64,000 nt of DNA. Source: Antedon mediterranea. Lineage: Eukaryota; Animalia; Echinodermata. The position numbers and the translations under genes were made by a program. Under the pieces are notes generated by a model that worked only from the letters and a program-made list of their open reading frames with translations, made no database searches and was not told the DNA's origin. The stretch lies in the NCBI RefSeq assembly GCF_964355755.1, contig NC_092671.1, positions 37,706,304 to 37,770,303 on the forward strand, read 5' to 3'. Positions 50,867 through 63,497 of the stretch are shown piece by piece (position 1 is the first letter of the stretch; each line of letters begins with the position of its first letter).

Positions 50867-51002
50867 CTTGCTCTTTCAGTTATATATGTAGGATTAATTT
50901 TGAATCTCAAATCAAGTCTCTACATAGACAAACTCCCTTTTTCCTAAAATGGCCAGTACCCTTTTCAAATGAGACCATCGAAGGAAACTTAAAGCAAATT
51001 AA

Positions 51003-51346
51003 AGATGTATTGTCCCCCAAAAACATGAAAAATTAAAATTATTTATAACAGACTTTGAATAGGTTATTTTGTAGTTTTAATAAAGTCAATCAATTCCGTA
51101 GAAAAAAAAATGGTAAAAATAATGTTTTCGCTTATAAAATAACATAACGGTTAAAAATTAAAACAAAAATCCATTGGCTGGCAAACAATTTGACCATTTT
51201 TTGCCTTAAACTACAGTTTTTTCAGGTAAATAAATTGTTTTTGAATCCAATTTTTTTGTCGAAGTGGATAACTGTTTTGTGACACTAAAATGGCATATTC
51301 AGCCAAAAAAATTGTAAAAATTATTTTTCAGGGGGACTGTGCATCT
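51003..51346 (+). mobile_element. Kolobok-like MITE family B copy
   Basis: TTAA|AGATGTATTGTCCCCC ... GGGGGACTGTGCATCT. Confidence 0.78.
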
Positions 51347-52406
51347 TTTTTAAGAATAAATATTTTCTCTTCATTCCTGAATTAGTGTGAATAGAGATTC
51401 TTCTGTGTACAGTCGACCTGCATAATATAAATATTGTATAAAATGTAAAAAATATTGTAATGCATAATACAATTATTGGAAAAAAAAATACAGGATTTAC
51501 TGGCAAATATCCATTTGTGGCATCTGACGAACAAACCTTGATTGTGAATATTATTCTTTTGAATTTCTCATGCTTGCATCCTGTTACAATGCATACAGTG
51601 AAATATCACTATTGACAACTATTTTATCCTAATTATGTGCATAACAGGTGAGGAATATATACTTCAATGTTGAGTGCTTAGCACGACCTGCCCTATTTAT
51701 TTTCATTTACTTTTGCACGATGGATATTAATCAATATAAACTATTTTTATTCGATAGTCGGTTGTATAAATCACTAGAAATAAAATCTGTTGAATATACA
51801 AAGATACCTGCCCCAGAGTGAGTACCCAAATTGTTCTTCCCCCACTCCTCTTATTCCCCCACTCCTCTCGATATAAACTATGTTTATTCATTAGACACAT
51901 GCCCCAGAAAGAGTACCCCAATTCTTTGCCCCCCCCCCCCCTCTTTCTTTCTGCAGCAGTTTTTAAAATCTAGTTCGATAAAAAGCTGTAGATCAATGAT
52001 CAGTGATGATTATACCACTAACATTATTCATAAACGGGGAAAATTTGTATTTAAACCAATATTTATTCTTGGATATGATAATACACAAACAGGTTGAATT
52101 TCCTTGTGCAAGTAGCTAATATGACATTTCACCTACCGGTACTGATGTATATTAAGAGAGTGATGGGAAAATAATGTTGGAAATTGTGAATGAAATTTGG
52201 TTTTTATTGCTTTTTGGACCATGACGTTGATTCCATGTGGGGTGGCAATTTTGATAAGTTATAGTTAGTTCAGAATTTTAATATTAGAATTCTCCTTATT
52301 TTGTATTTATATTTAAATTACAGATTCAAATAAGGTTGATAAATTAAAAGCGAAACGAGTTCAATCATTAGAATCTCTTGCAACACCTGTATTGAGGAAA
52401 CAATGA

Positions 52407-52722
52407 AGATGTATTTTCCCCCCAAAACATGAAAAAGAATAATAAAATCAGACTTAATATGCCATTTTGCAGTTTTAATAAAAGTTATTCACTTCTGTAA
52501 AAAAAAAAGCCAAAAAAATAATTATTTCAATTATAAAAAGACAAAAGAAACATTTAATTTTAACCAATTTAAATTTTTTTTTTTTTTAATTACTTTTTTT
52601 AGGTAAACATTATTTTTTTTGGATCCAGTTTTTGGTCAAAGTCAATTCTATTATGTGACATTAAAATAGTATATTAAAAAAAATTTTGAAAAAAAAAACA
52701 TTTTTAGGGGGACAATATATCT
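52407..52722 (+). mobile_element. Kolobok-like MITE family B copy
   Basis: AGATGTATTTTCCCCC ... GGGGGACAATATATCT|TTAA. Confidence 0.78.
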
Positions 52723-53440
52723 TTAACTGTAATATATATTTTAAATGGGGACAGTACCCTATTAAGAAGAAACCTTGTTCTACTGATTATCTTTTCAGTA
52801 GTATATCATAAAAGTAATCATAATAATAGCTAGTTCGTCATGTTTTCAACTGGACGTGTCTACCACAAAAGGTTTTAACTTCATCTGATATATAATACTA
52901 CTTCATTGCTGATTTTTTGCAGCATCACAGATAATTTATTCGTTTTGGCTTTCTTACAAGATCCTGTGGTCAATTATAATTTTAAGAGGTATCTTGAACA
53001 CAGCAGATATTAAATTCACAAGAAATATAATAAAATTGTTGTCTACAGCATGCTATTAAGTTAAAAAAAACTTTTGAAGCTAGAAGAAAAGAAATTATTA
53101 ATTTTATTCATTATAACACATAATCCTTGAATATGAATCCTCCCATTGCCTTAGTATCAGTGTGAGGCAGACGAGATGCTTGCCTTGTCTGAAATTTTCA
53201 ATTTTCACTACCCATCTCAATTCCACACAGATCGTCATATTTTATATTAACAATTATATTTAAAGTATCTTTGCCTTGTTTTTAACCTCTCGCTACGGCC
53301 TTGCCTCCTACAATGTTTGGGAACAACAGAATTGTTTGTTAATTAATACTAATTTCAGAATAGCAAAACTATATGATGTTGCCTTGTTTCTACTTTGCAT
53401 TTTAGGGGTACCACAAATGTTGATTTAGTAGAGAAGACCA

Positions 53441-53598
53441 AGCTCTGTCTACACTATCAAACTAGTTTGACAAAAAAAGTGTGATGTACGCAAATATCAT
53501 AGTGATATGTCCAAATATGGTAGTGATATGACATGATCATGTCCATATATGGGCACATAACATTTTGTCACATAAAGTTTGATAGTTTAGACAGAGCT
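53441..53598 (-). mobile_element. MITE family A copy
   Basis: Both TIRs present. Confidence 0.85.
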
Positions 53599-53876
53599 TT
53601 ATAGTGGTACTCAAGTTTTAGTTAATAATGAGTAGAGAGCCCTCAATTGTTGAGTAGCAAACATTCCCTGTCGTCGTCTGCCGACATAAAGCTTTATGAC
53701 TATGATATTAAATTGCATCTACAAATATAATCAATACATTTTCTATAATTATGCTAATCAGTAATATTTTCATTACTGTATGATAATAATAATATACCTG
53801 TAATATTATTCATAATTCCATCATGCAAGCTATTAGTTGTAAACAAAATAATACCAAACCAAATGATCGTCCATAA

Positions 53877-53896
53877 CATGGAGGGATACCTCCATG
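53877..53896. mobile_element. 20-bp CATGG..CCATG palindrome with a degenerate 7-bp TSD
   Basis: TCCATAA|CATGGAGG-GATA-CCTCCATG|TTCATAT (5/7); same arm as 5028. Confidence 0.5.
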
Positions 53897-53926
53897 TTCA
53901 TATCAATTTGTTTTTCTAAGCGTTAA

Positions 53927-54268
53927 ATATGTATTGTCCCCCGAAAACATGAACAATTATTATTAAAGATTAATTTTAAAAAGACTTTGAATAGAACATT
54001 TCAAAGTTTTAATAAAGGTAATCACTTTTGTAGAAAAAAAAACTAGAAAAAATAATATTTTTACTTATAAACAGTTAAATTCAACTAAAAACTAAGAACT
54101 TCCAGTCAATTTGACTATTTTTTTTGCTTTAAATTATAGTTTTTTCAGGTAAATAATTTGTTTTCCTATCCATTTTTGGTGAAAGTGAATAACTATTATG
54201 TGACATTCAAATGGCATATTTAACAAAACATTAAAAAAAAAATATTTTTTCAGGGCGACAATATATAT
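53927..54268 (+). mobile_element. Kolobok-like MITE family B copy
   Basis: TTAA|ATATGTATTGTCCCCC ... GGGCGACAATATATAT|TTAA. Confidence 0.8.
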
Positions 54269-55118
54269 TTAACATATCTGTAACATTTAATTATAATTAA
54301 TTTTTCTTTTTTATTGATTAAAAAATTAACCTTCATCGAATTTCTTAACATGAAAAATGTTGTCCTGAACCTATAATTTGTCTATGATTCTTTCTATGTA
54401 AGGTATTACTCTACATAACCTAATAGTGCAATTTCAAAATATTGCGTACTAATATCTGTGAAAATTAGAGTTTTAAACGTTCTTGTCACACGATATTAAT
54501 TGAGCCAGCTACTCGCGACTGACTTTCATTTACATGTAAATTACTTTCCACACTTTTTAAAAAACGTTGGATCAATATATATATTGTGTAATATTTGGAG
54601 AAAAGATTATTAAGAAACTATATTTATCAATTTATAGAAACATTGTTTAATGTTATTATAGTGTTGACACATTTGATGAGGTGATGTACTCTCTCTTTAA
54701 TGAATTAATTAAGTAAAGTACATTTTTGGAGACATAGATGTTATTGAATGTTTTATGGCAGAAGGGGAATGTTCATAATAATGTTTTCGGGTTCTTTCAA
54801 ACCGGTTTTATGATTTCACCACCACTATCGACAAATAAGCATCTCAATGGTTTTATTAGCAATAAATTCTCTTGTGATGAAATATATAGCTTATTGACTG
54901 GTAACAAGGAGTTATTAAACCTTTTGTTTGTTCTTGTATGGATCAGTGAGGCATTGTTCACTAAGACGTTGGTATCATTGTCATTTTCATATTGCTAAGT
55001 GTTGAATAACAGAGTTTACTAGAACTATGATGTTGGGGATGTTCTTTTGGATTTTTTCGGTACATGATTATTAGAGTCGTAATTGTTTCTGTCATCTTGG
55101 GTAAATGAATTTTGGAAG

Positions 55119-55184
55119 ATGACAATACCAGTGCATGGCCGGTTACCAGAGGAAGAGGAGGAAGAGTATTTTAGTAATGATGAT
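55119..55184 (+). CDS. Candidate alternative first coding exon, acidic peptide (phase 0)
   Basis: AAG-ATG; MTIPVHGRLPEEEEEEYFSNDD then GAT|GTATGT; in-frame stop upstream at 55080; 66 nt. Confidence 0.5.
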
Positions 55185-55759
55185 GTATGTATTCAAATAT
55201 TTTAAAACTCTACTTTTTACATTTTTGACAGACTAATATTATGCGCATATCTGCTGGATCCATCCCTTTTTAATTTCACTTTATTATCAAAATTTGTTCG
55301 TTCTTGTTCTTTCTGGGATCCTGCCCGGTCCTTTTCCTCCCAGATTAAGTGTTATTTGTATATGTTATTTCCTATTTATTCAATTGTTGTTTCAAGCTCA
55401 AATGGAGGTAAATAAATGTTTGAATTTGGAGAAAAAAATCTTTCTATTGTCAGTTTGTTAATTTCATTCTCCAATTTAGAAATTATTTCTTCTTTTCTAC
55501 ACACAGAAAAGACATAAAGCTACTAAATACTCCCACACTGTGAATTCCTCAATACACACAAATTGATTCACAAATAACTAAAGACATTGTTCGATATTTG
55601 CAAAAGGTTACTTGCTATTAATTAGGCATATTGATTTTACAAAGAAATGTTTTCTGTGCTATTAGTACTGTCCTATAATATGACGTCTTATAAGCTACAA
55701 ATATTATGTGTCGTTTAATGATAATCGCTCTACATACAAGTGAAAGCTGATACATTCGT

Positions 55760-55905
55760 AAGCTTAGTCTACACTGACAAAAACAATGTGATGTGCCCAT
55801 ATATAGACATGATGATGTCATATCACTACCATATTTGAGCATATCACTACCATATTTAGGAACATCACTATTTTGTCAAACTAGGTTGATAGTGTATACA
55901 GAGCT
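55760..55905 (+). mobile_element. MITE family A copy (degenerate)
   Basis: Family A core and TIRs. Confidence 0.8.
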
Positions 55906-57366
55906 TTTTACTCTCTTCCTTTTGTTATTCAGCATCATTATGTCATTATACTTATTGAATGACTTGAATTTATACTTTTTATTAGACAGTAATTATGATA
56001 TCTATAATAACTAATTATTAATGACTTTATTAACCATATTTTAACCAAAACGGTTTAGGTTTAGTTATTAATGGGATATTTTTCTTCTGCCGTAGGCCTA
56101 TCATGGTCCTATTTCATTTATAGGTCCAAGGCTGTATCTTCATTATAACTGTATAATTTAAATAACAAATGACAGTTATAATAATAGTGTAATTTCTCTA
56201 TGTATTATGTCTCAAAACATAGAGTCATGTAAAATTTCACATTGAGGTAATTTGTCAAACCCAAAGGCAGATCCAAATTGGGGCCTAGAATAAAAAGAGA
56301 ACTGTAAATGTGTTCAATCTTCATTAATGAATGTTGCAAGATTTACAATGATGTATATTTTGAGAATCGCTTATCTCATTCGACTAAAAACGACCTACAA
56401 AACATATTTTTATTGCAATTTATTATTACTATAATCTAAATGTTAAAATATGTTCCTTTTAAATGCAGATATTTTATTGTCAAATTTTCTCAAATAAATT
56501 CTGTTTATTACAGTAAAAATGTATATTTATTTTCTATAATTTTGTCGTGAAATTGTAAAAAATAAGATATATATAAGGGAATTTAATTGATGAATCTGTA
56601 ATGTATTCTCACACTACCGTCCCAGGAGAGTTTAATTTTAATGGTTATTTTGCGAGTTTAAATTGGTATCTAGCATCAAATTACCCTTGACGACGGACTG
56701 TTACGGTAGTCTATTATATTGTTAACTGCATATGTACAGTTTGTGTACAATTTCGATAAAGCTAAAACCCCTGCTTACTTGATCATGCATGTTGCATCAA
56801 CACTAACATTCTAACATATCTCTACTGACACGTGACAGATTCCAAACAAAAATTACTTTTCCATCAACAAATTCCAACAAGATTGTTACAAGGTTTACAG
56901 AGAGACTAACAATTTCATATAATCTGCTCAATTCTACATTTCTTTTGATTGTGTTGGGAAACGAAGGGCGTATTGATTGATTGATTTTTTTCAATGTGAT
57001 ATGACATATGCGACAGAAGCTTTGGGAGTGTAAAGATGTCGTAGATCCCCACGGAATTGGAAACTTAAGAAGTTCATTGCGGAGACCCTTCATTAAGCAA
57101 ATTAGCATTGCCACTGAATTTTAATGAGATTGATTGAACCGTATTCCTAGTTTATCATTCATTAGCTATGCAAGGAGATACCGTGGAGTGACCAGATTTT
57201 AAATCGTAGAGTAGCCTAAAAGTTCAGCGACCACCTTATATCAATTATATTGGCACATTGTCGGCAGCTTTTTCGATATCGCTACAAGGAGTTTCTGCTA
57301 CTGTGCGATACTTTAAGGAGTTTTTTTTAATGAAATCTTACATTTGGATAAAATATATGAGATGAA

Positions 57367-57426
57367 ATGTTAGTTGTTACTCAAAAGAAAGCTGAAGAGG
57401 ATGTCGAAAAACCAAGGAAACAGCAG
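57367..57426 (+). CDS. Candidate alternative first coding exon, charged peptide (phase 0)
   Basis: MLVVTQKKAEEDVEKPRKQQ then a perfect donor CAG|GTAAGT; 60 nt. Confidence 0.55.
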
Positions 57427-58599
57427 GTAAGTACCATGTATTTCTTCAAACTTCTTCAACAAATTTCTTCTTTATAAACTCTGATTAATATTTTTTTTTT
57501 GAAAATTCAGAAGATGAAATTAATATTGCTATCTATGTTAGGAAAATTATAAAAAAAAAAATGATATTGATATTTATAATTTATATTGTACTGTAAATTA
57601 GTTTCTTATAGCAAATTATATCTGTTGTAAATTGAGTTTGTTTATATTGGTTATAATCATGTGTGGTTGTTAAAATTTGACAATGTCCTGTCAAAGTATA
57701 TGAAAAGAAGAGAGGCTCTGAATTTGATTGAAGAGAAATGATGAAGGAATAGGAAAAAATTGTTGATACAGAAGTTTAAAACGAGTCTCAGCTTTTTAGA
57801 AAAGAGATAATATTATTGTTTGATAATAATCTATAGAATTTGATGTTTTAATGAAGTCAGACATCAAATTATATCCTTCTCTTGTTATTGGCTGTATCTG
57901 TGTATAGATTGTACAGGTGTCAATCTTATGGATGAATAAACAGGTGGTAAATAACGTTACGCTTGATCGCTTGTTATCTTTGTATATCTAATTCATTTAT
58001 TTCATGTGAATCTATTTCTAGTCGTATTGAATTATGATCGTCAAAATAAGCAGAACGTTCTTATTTTGTTGACGGGTCAATCTTTATTTAACCTTTATTG
58101 ACCTCAAAGTAATTATACTTTGATTAGACTTAATTAGAAATAGTATTTGAATATACCTTGTGCTGGAAACATTTAATTGAGCACGGACACCTGTCCTAGT
58201 TAATTAGTCAAAGTCAACAATGAACAATAGACTCACAGACAGTAATGCAACATCACAATTAAGTAGACGTAAAAAAAAGTACATAAGAAGTTCTTCATCA
58301 ATATTGTGGTAACCTCTTTACTAGTGCGAGCGATGGCGCAAAGAAAAATTGTTGTTTACAGTATTTTTTTGGTAAAAATGGTTTTATTTATTTCAGTATA
58401 AAATAATGCAAAAAGCATCAAAAGCTGAAAGCATTGTATTTATAAAAATATAAATAATATTGGCTGCACACAAAAAACAACAAACGTCAATCATATCAAT
58501 ACAATATCATAGCAATAGAAAAACACAACAATTATGAATACATATTGCGCATAAAATCATTGCCATTTACTAAAATATATAACTAGAATATATATATAA

Positions 58600-58671
58600 C
58601 TGCAAAATGGCCTATTTAAAGTCTGATTTTTTTAATCTTCATTTTTCATGTTTTTGGGACACAATACATCT
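58600..58671 (-). mobile_element. Terminal fragment of MITE family B
   Basis: CATGTTTTTGGGACACAATACATCT|TTAA. Confidence 0.6.
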
Positions 58672-59711
58672 TTAAAAAATCAATGCTTCTTTTTTTAGTA
58701 TGTAGAAGTAAGGACAAATTTAAATACCCCCCAAAAAAATTTTTTTTTTTCAATATTGATATCTGTGTGTGCTAATTTTTTTTGTAATGTAATGGTTATG
58801 ATAAAAACAAAATATAAGTTTTGTTTTCACTCGTGTATTTTTCATGCACAACAAATTAGAAACTAGACTACAAAGGTGACTTAAAACAGAGTGTGAATTG
58901 TTTGATTGATTGATTATTGTAAATGAAACCTAGAAATGCTAAATGATTATTCAAATGTTGATACATACTAAGTGACTATGTTTAACATGCCATCATCAAT
59001 TACCAATACACATTCATCTTAATTTGAACAGTCTAATCACTTATTTTGTTTCTCTCAAATTCTAATTTTTTTATTTAGGAAGAAAGAGAACATTTCTTTC
59101 ACCAAATTAATAATAATAAAAAAAAATTGTTAGAATTTACTTTGTTGGAAACTTAATGCAAAAATTATTTAATTTATTCATTTTTTGTTTTAAAACAAAA
59201 TTGTTTGAATTAAAAAACAAAAAAACTAAATGCTACAAAAAATTATTTGATTATTCATTTTTTATTCAAATTTTTATACAAAATAAATAAATAAAATGCA
59301 AAGAAAGTTGGTAATTTGTCAACAAATTATTGATAAGTTTAATTTTTTTTAAATAAAATTAAATAAATTTTTATCTACAGGATTGAACTGAGCGATGTAA
59401 AGCTTTTTTAATCTTGTTTTCTAGCTGAGACTATTATTATAATAACTTATTTATTTATTATATATTTATATTTATTGATTTATTAATTTCATGTAAAATA
59501 TAGCACATACAATATTTATGTTGTCTCTGTGGATTTGTTAAATATTAATGCTAATTAGTTCGTACATCATTGTATTACGAATATGTCTTAAATAGTTGAT
59601 GAAGGTTAAATATATAATTCAATTTTAACTCATCAAACATAGAGTTATGTTTTTATTTCATAAGGCATGTTTTGCTTCACTGATATTATAAATGTGGTTG
59701 CATATATTTTA

Positions 59712-59797
59712 AGCTCTGTGTACACTATCAAACTTTGTGATGTGCCCATATATGGACATGATGATGTCATATCACTACCATATTTGGACATATCACT
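59712..59797 (+). mobile_element. Partial MITE family A copy
   Basis: TTA|AGCTCTGTGTACACTATCAAAC plus core; right half absent. Confidence 0.8.
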
Positions 59798-59809
59798 AAA
59801 TAAAATCTG

Positions 59810-60211
59810 AAATGTATTGTGTGTATACGCATACAGGGATGTACCTGTCTACGGGGTGTCAATGTATTGTGTGTATACACATACAAGGATATACCTGTCT
59901 ACGGGGTCTGAAATGTATTGTGTGTATACACATACAGGGATGTACCTGTCTACGGGGTGTCAATGTATTGTGTATACACATACAGGGATGTACCTGTCTA
60001 CGGGGTGTCAATGTATTGTGTGTATACACATACAGGGATGTACCTGTCTACGAGGTGTCAATGTATTGTGTGTATACACATACAGGGATGTACCTGTCTA
60101 CGGGGTGTCAATGTATTGTGTGTATACACATACAGGGATGTACCTGTCTACGGGGTGTCAATGTATTGTGTGTATACACATACAGGGATGTACCTGTCTA
60201 CGGGGTGTCAA
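59810..60211. repeat. 50-bp tandem repeat x8, highly homogeneous
   Basis: AATGTATTGTGTGTATACACATACAGGGATGTACCTGTCTACGGGGTGTC. Confidence 0.95.
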
Positions 60212-60246
60212 CGAATGAAAGATGTGGAGGTTTAATTGCTGTGTCA

Positions 60247-60405
60247 AGCTCTGCCTACACTATCAAACTATAATTTGACAAAAAAGTGTGATGTGCCCAA
60301 ACATGGTAGTGATATTTTCAAAATATGGTGGTGATATGACATCATCGTGTCCATATATGGGCACATCACATTTTTTTGTTAACGTTTGATAGTGTAGACA
60401 GAGCT
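60247..60405 (-). mobile_element. MITE family A copy
   Basis: Both TIRs present. Confidence 0.85.
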
Positions 60406-61032
60406 TTAGGGATGGCCCTTAGTCTTTAGCACAGCATCCATGAAAATAATTTGTTATTTTGATAGCATTAACATATATTCCATAAGTGACTGTTTGTAAG
60501 AAAGCAGCTTGTTCATTTACAGTGTTCACGCTCCATTTCTTTCCTCAGTTTGTTCATATTGATCTTTGCTTGGGCTAATTTATTTTATATGCAAATGTTC
60601 TAATGACTTTCGTATTCATGTATTATAATTTTTTTTAAACGATTCTATGTTACAATAATGTTATTTTGTGTCAGCTATATTGAAAGTATGTTTTTGTTTT
60701 TTATATTATTAACTTTATCATCATCTATATTATATATATTTTTTGTAATAATTAGTCACTGGTTGGAGGTACACACCTAATTGGTGACAGTGGCTTAGGC
60801 TGCTTTTGTGCTTTCCTGGCAGATAGTGAATATTATTTTATATTTTCTTTTGCGTTGTGTTTGTTTAATTTGTTGATTTGTATTATATTTTGTAAAATGT
60901 ATCTTGCCTTGACTGAATAAATAATAATAATAAAAATAATTAGATTATTATTATTATTATTATTAAGTGTAAATAACTTGATAAATTGACTTTAAATGAT
61001 AATTGATATCCGTTTTTGTATGTAACTCTGCA

Positions 61033-61060
61033 CATGGAGTTGAAATATATTTCATCCATG
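61033..61060. mobile_element. 28-bp CATGG..CCATG palindrome with a perfect 7-bp TSD
   Basis: CTCTGCA|CATGGAGTTGAAATATATTTCATCCATG|CTCTGCA. Confidence 0.7.
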
Positions 61061-61904
61061 CTCTGCAATACTGTTTAGGCCTTTGTTCAAATTCAATCTG
61101 TATTTTATTTTACGATTGCAATAAATAAATTTCAATTCATGTTTATATGATTTGTTCTATGTACGTATAATACATGTAGTTTATTCATTAGCTAATTAAT
61201 TATACTTTTTATATCAGTATATAGTATTTTTCATATAGTAAATTATTGCATTGTAACATAATAAGTAATAAGTTGATTTCTCAATGGTTAAAATTAAATT
61301 TATTATAATTTATTTAATAGATAAATAATAATTATTGTTTATTTATTCATTTTATTTATTTTTGTATTTGTTTTATACTTGTTTATTTATATTTATTTAT
61401 AAGATACCTTTTATTTTTCATAGAAATTATACATTTATAAATCTAGATTGGCATGAACATGTAAAAATAAATATACTAAAATAGCACGTTTTAGATGAAA
61501 GCGCAATCGCTTTGACACTGACTTAAGACGCATTCTTTCTTAATGTCTATTTTGACCCCTTCTAAAGGTTCTCAATGCCAAGTTGTCGTAAAAAAATATT
61601 ATAATATTTTTAATGCATATTATTGTGTTGGTTTTCTAGATCGGTTTGTTGTAGGGAACCAGAGTAATTAACATGTATCTATAGAGGGCGTCAGTCTGCA
61701 ATTTTTATTTTAATTTTCTAAGAATAGGATGTTTGAGGGCAGTGTAGTAGTATGTTGAAATCTGGCCAATTCATTTATTAAGTAGGATATTGAAGTATTT
61801 ATAGAGGGCTCACTTAAACCAAAATCTTAGTTTAAGTAAAGATGTAAAAAAAAACACGATCTACAAATTGATTAATATACTATGATATTTGTATTTTTAA
61901 TTAA

Positions 61905-62198
61905 AGATGTATTGTCCTCCTGAAAAAATAATTCTTAAAATTTTTTTGTTGGCTATGCCTTTTTAATGTAACACAATAGTTATCCACTTTGAACACAAAT
62001 CCGGGGAAAAAATGTTTGACCTAAAAAACTGTGATTTTAAGCAAAAAATATGTCAATTTTGATTGAATTTAACCATTAATTTTGTCATTTTTTCTGTTTT
62101 TGTTCCTACAAAAGTAACTTTATTAAAACTACAAAATAATCAAATTCAAATTTGATTTAATTAATCTTTATTTCATGTTTTTGGGGGACAACACATCT
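61905..62198 (-). mobile_element. Kolobok-like MITE family B copy
   Basis: TTAA|AGATGTATTGTCCTCC ... GGGGGACAACACATCT|TTGA. Confidence 0.78.
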
Positions 62199-62790
62199 TT
62201 GAAAGTAAATAGATAGCCCTAGTAGTACTGTAGTAGGATTGGTTTTTCTATATAAATAAAATAGATATATCACATCATATTTCAAAACCAAAATAGGTCT
62301 AGTATGTTATGATGGGTTTGTATAAACCAAGTGTTAATATATTCTAATCTTATTATATCATCATGTACACATGTTTATCTATGTGCACACGATTCCCCCC
62401 CCCCCCCTTCTCCTTTTTGATTGTCTGAATGAAGAATATAATGCAAGGCTGCCCTCTACATTCAATAACTATTCTCTTTAAAGTTTCCCAGCTTATCCTA
62501 TAATCAAGACTTTACAATGCAAGTGTGATGCCGCACAAGGAACAATACATTACACACTCTTCTATAATCAGCTAATTAACTTGTATTCAACCTGTGACAA
62601 TAGCTTCTTTCAGTGATTAAACTAATAGACCTAGAGGACTTCTTGTTTTTGTCAACATTATTTGCCAACGGGAATATTAACTGTAAACTTGTTTTACTTG
62701 AATCAACCAAAGATGCATCTATGAAATATCAGTTTAGAAATACGACATCAAAAAGTTTGTTTAGATATTTAGAAAAGTTATTTAGACAGA

Positions 62791-62868
62791 ATGAGGACTT
62801 ACGCGACTATTGAGGGAAGTGGTGTTACTAAAGATAGCCAGTCTATGGGACTGTTAGGCTGGTTCCAG
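62791..62868 (+). CDS. Candidate alternative first coding exon (phase 0)
   Basis: AGA-ATG; MRTYATIEGSGVTKDSQSMGLLGWFQ then CAG|GTAGGA; in-frame stop upstream at 62770; 78 nt. Confidence 0.45.
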
Positions 62869-63177
62869 GTAGGAAATAACACTAACTTTGTTTAGGGATT
62901 TTACTTGGGCTACATGACTGGTAGTAGTAGGTGCTTGGTTTCTAAATATAAAGTGATCCAAACATATTTGCAGCCGTTGTTGAAATAAATTTTTGCATTT
63001 TAGCTTAAAATGCATATCATAACTGGTTAAATGATCGTAACGCATCATAATTGATTGACTTTACCATTGATTTAAGAATGCCAGGATATGATGTGTTGGT
63101 CCTGTATTCTCCCGCATATAAATAGGAAGTACGATATTTAACCAGATTTCCATAAAGCAATCTGGCTTATGTATGGC

Positions 63178-63202
63178 CATGGAGTAAATTCTTTACTCCA
63201 TG
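63178..63202. mobile_element. 25-bp CATGG..CCATG palindrome with a perfect 7-bp TSD
   Basis: GTATGGC|CATGGAGTAAA-TTC-TTTACTCCATG|GTATGGC. Confidence 0.72.
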
Positions 63203-63497
63203 GTATGGCATAATGTAAGGTTGTATGGTATTGATATTACCTCAGTATGATATTTAATCTTTAGCCCATGGGGGTATATTTATATACCTGCACAAATTAT
63301 ACTTGATAATTTCCATAACATATTGCTATGAGTAAGATATGATGATGTTATTTCTTGGTGAAGTCAGTTCTGCTCTGATTCCAGATGCTTAGAATTCTAC
63401 TAGATCATTATAGATATTGTCTTGTCGTTAGCCCATTGATTGTTTAGTTCATTAAAGTGCAATTTAATTAAAGATTTATCATCATCATCATTTCAAA

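Noticed and set aside
59812-60273. Cys-rich repetitive ORFs in all three frames
   Set aside because: Artefact of a 50-bp stop-free satellite cycling through frames
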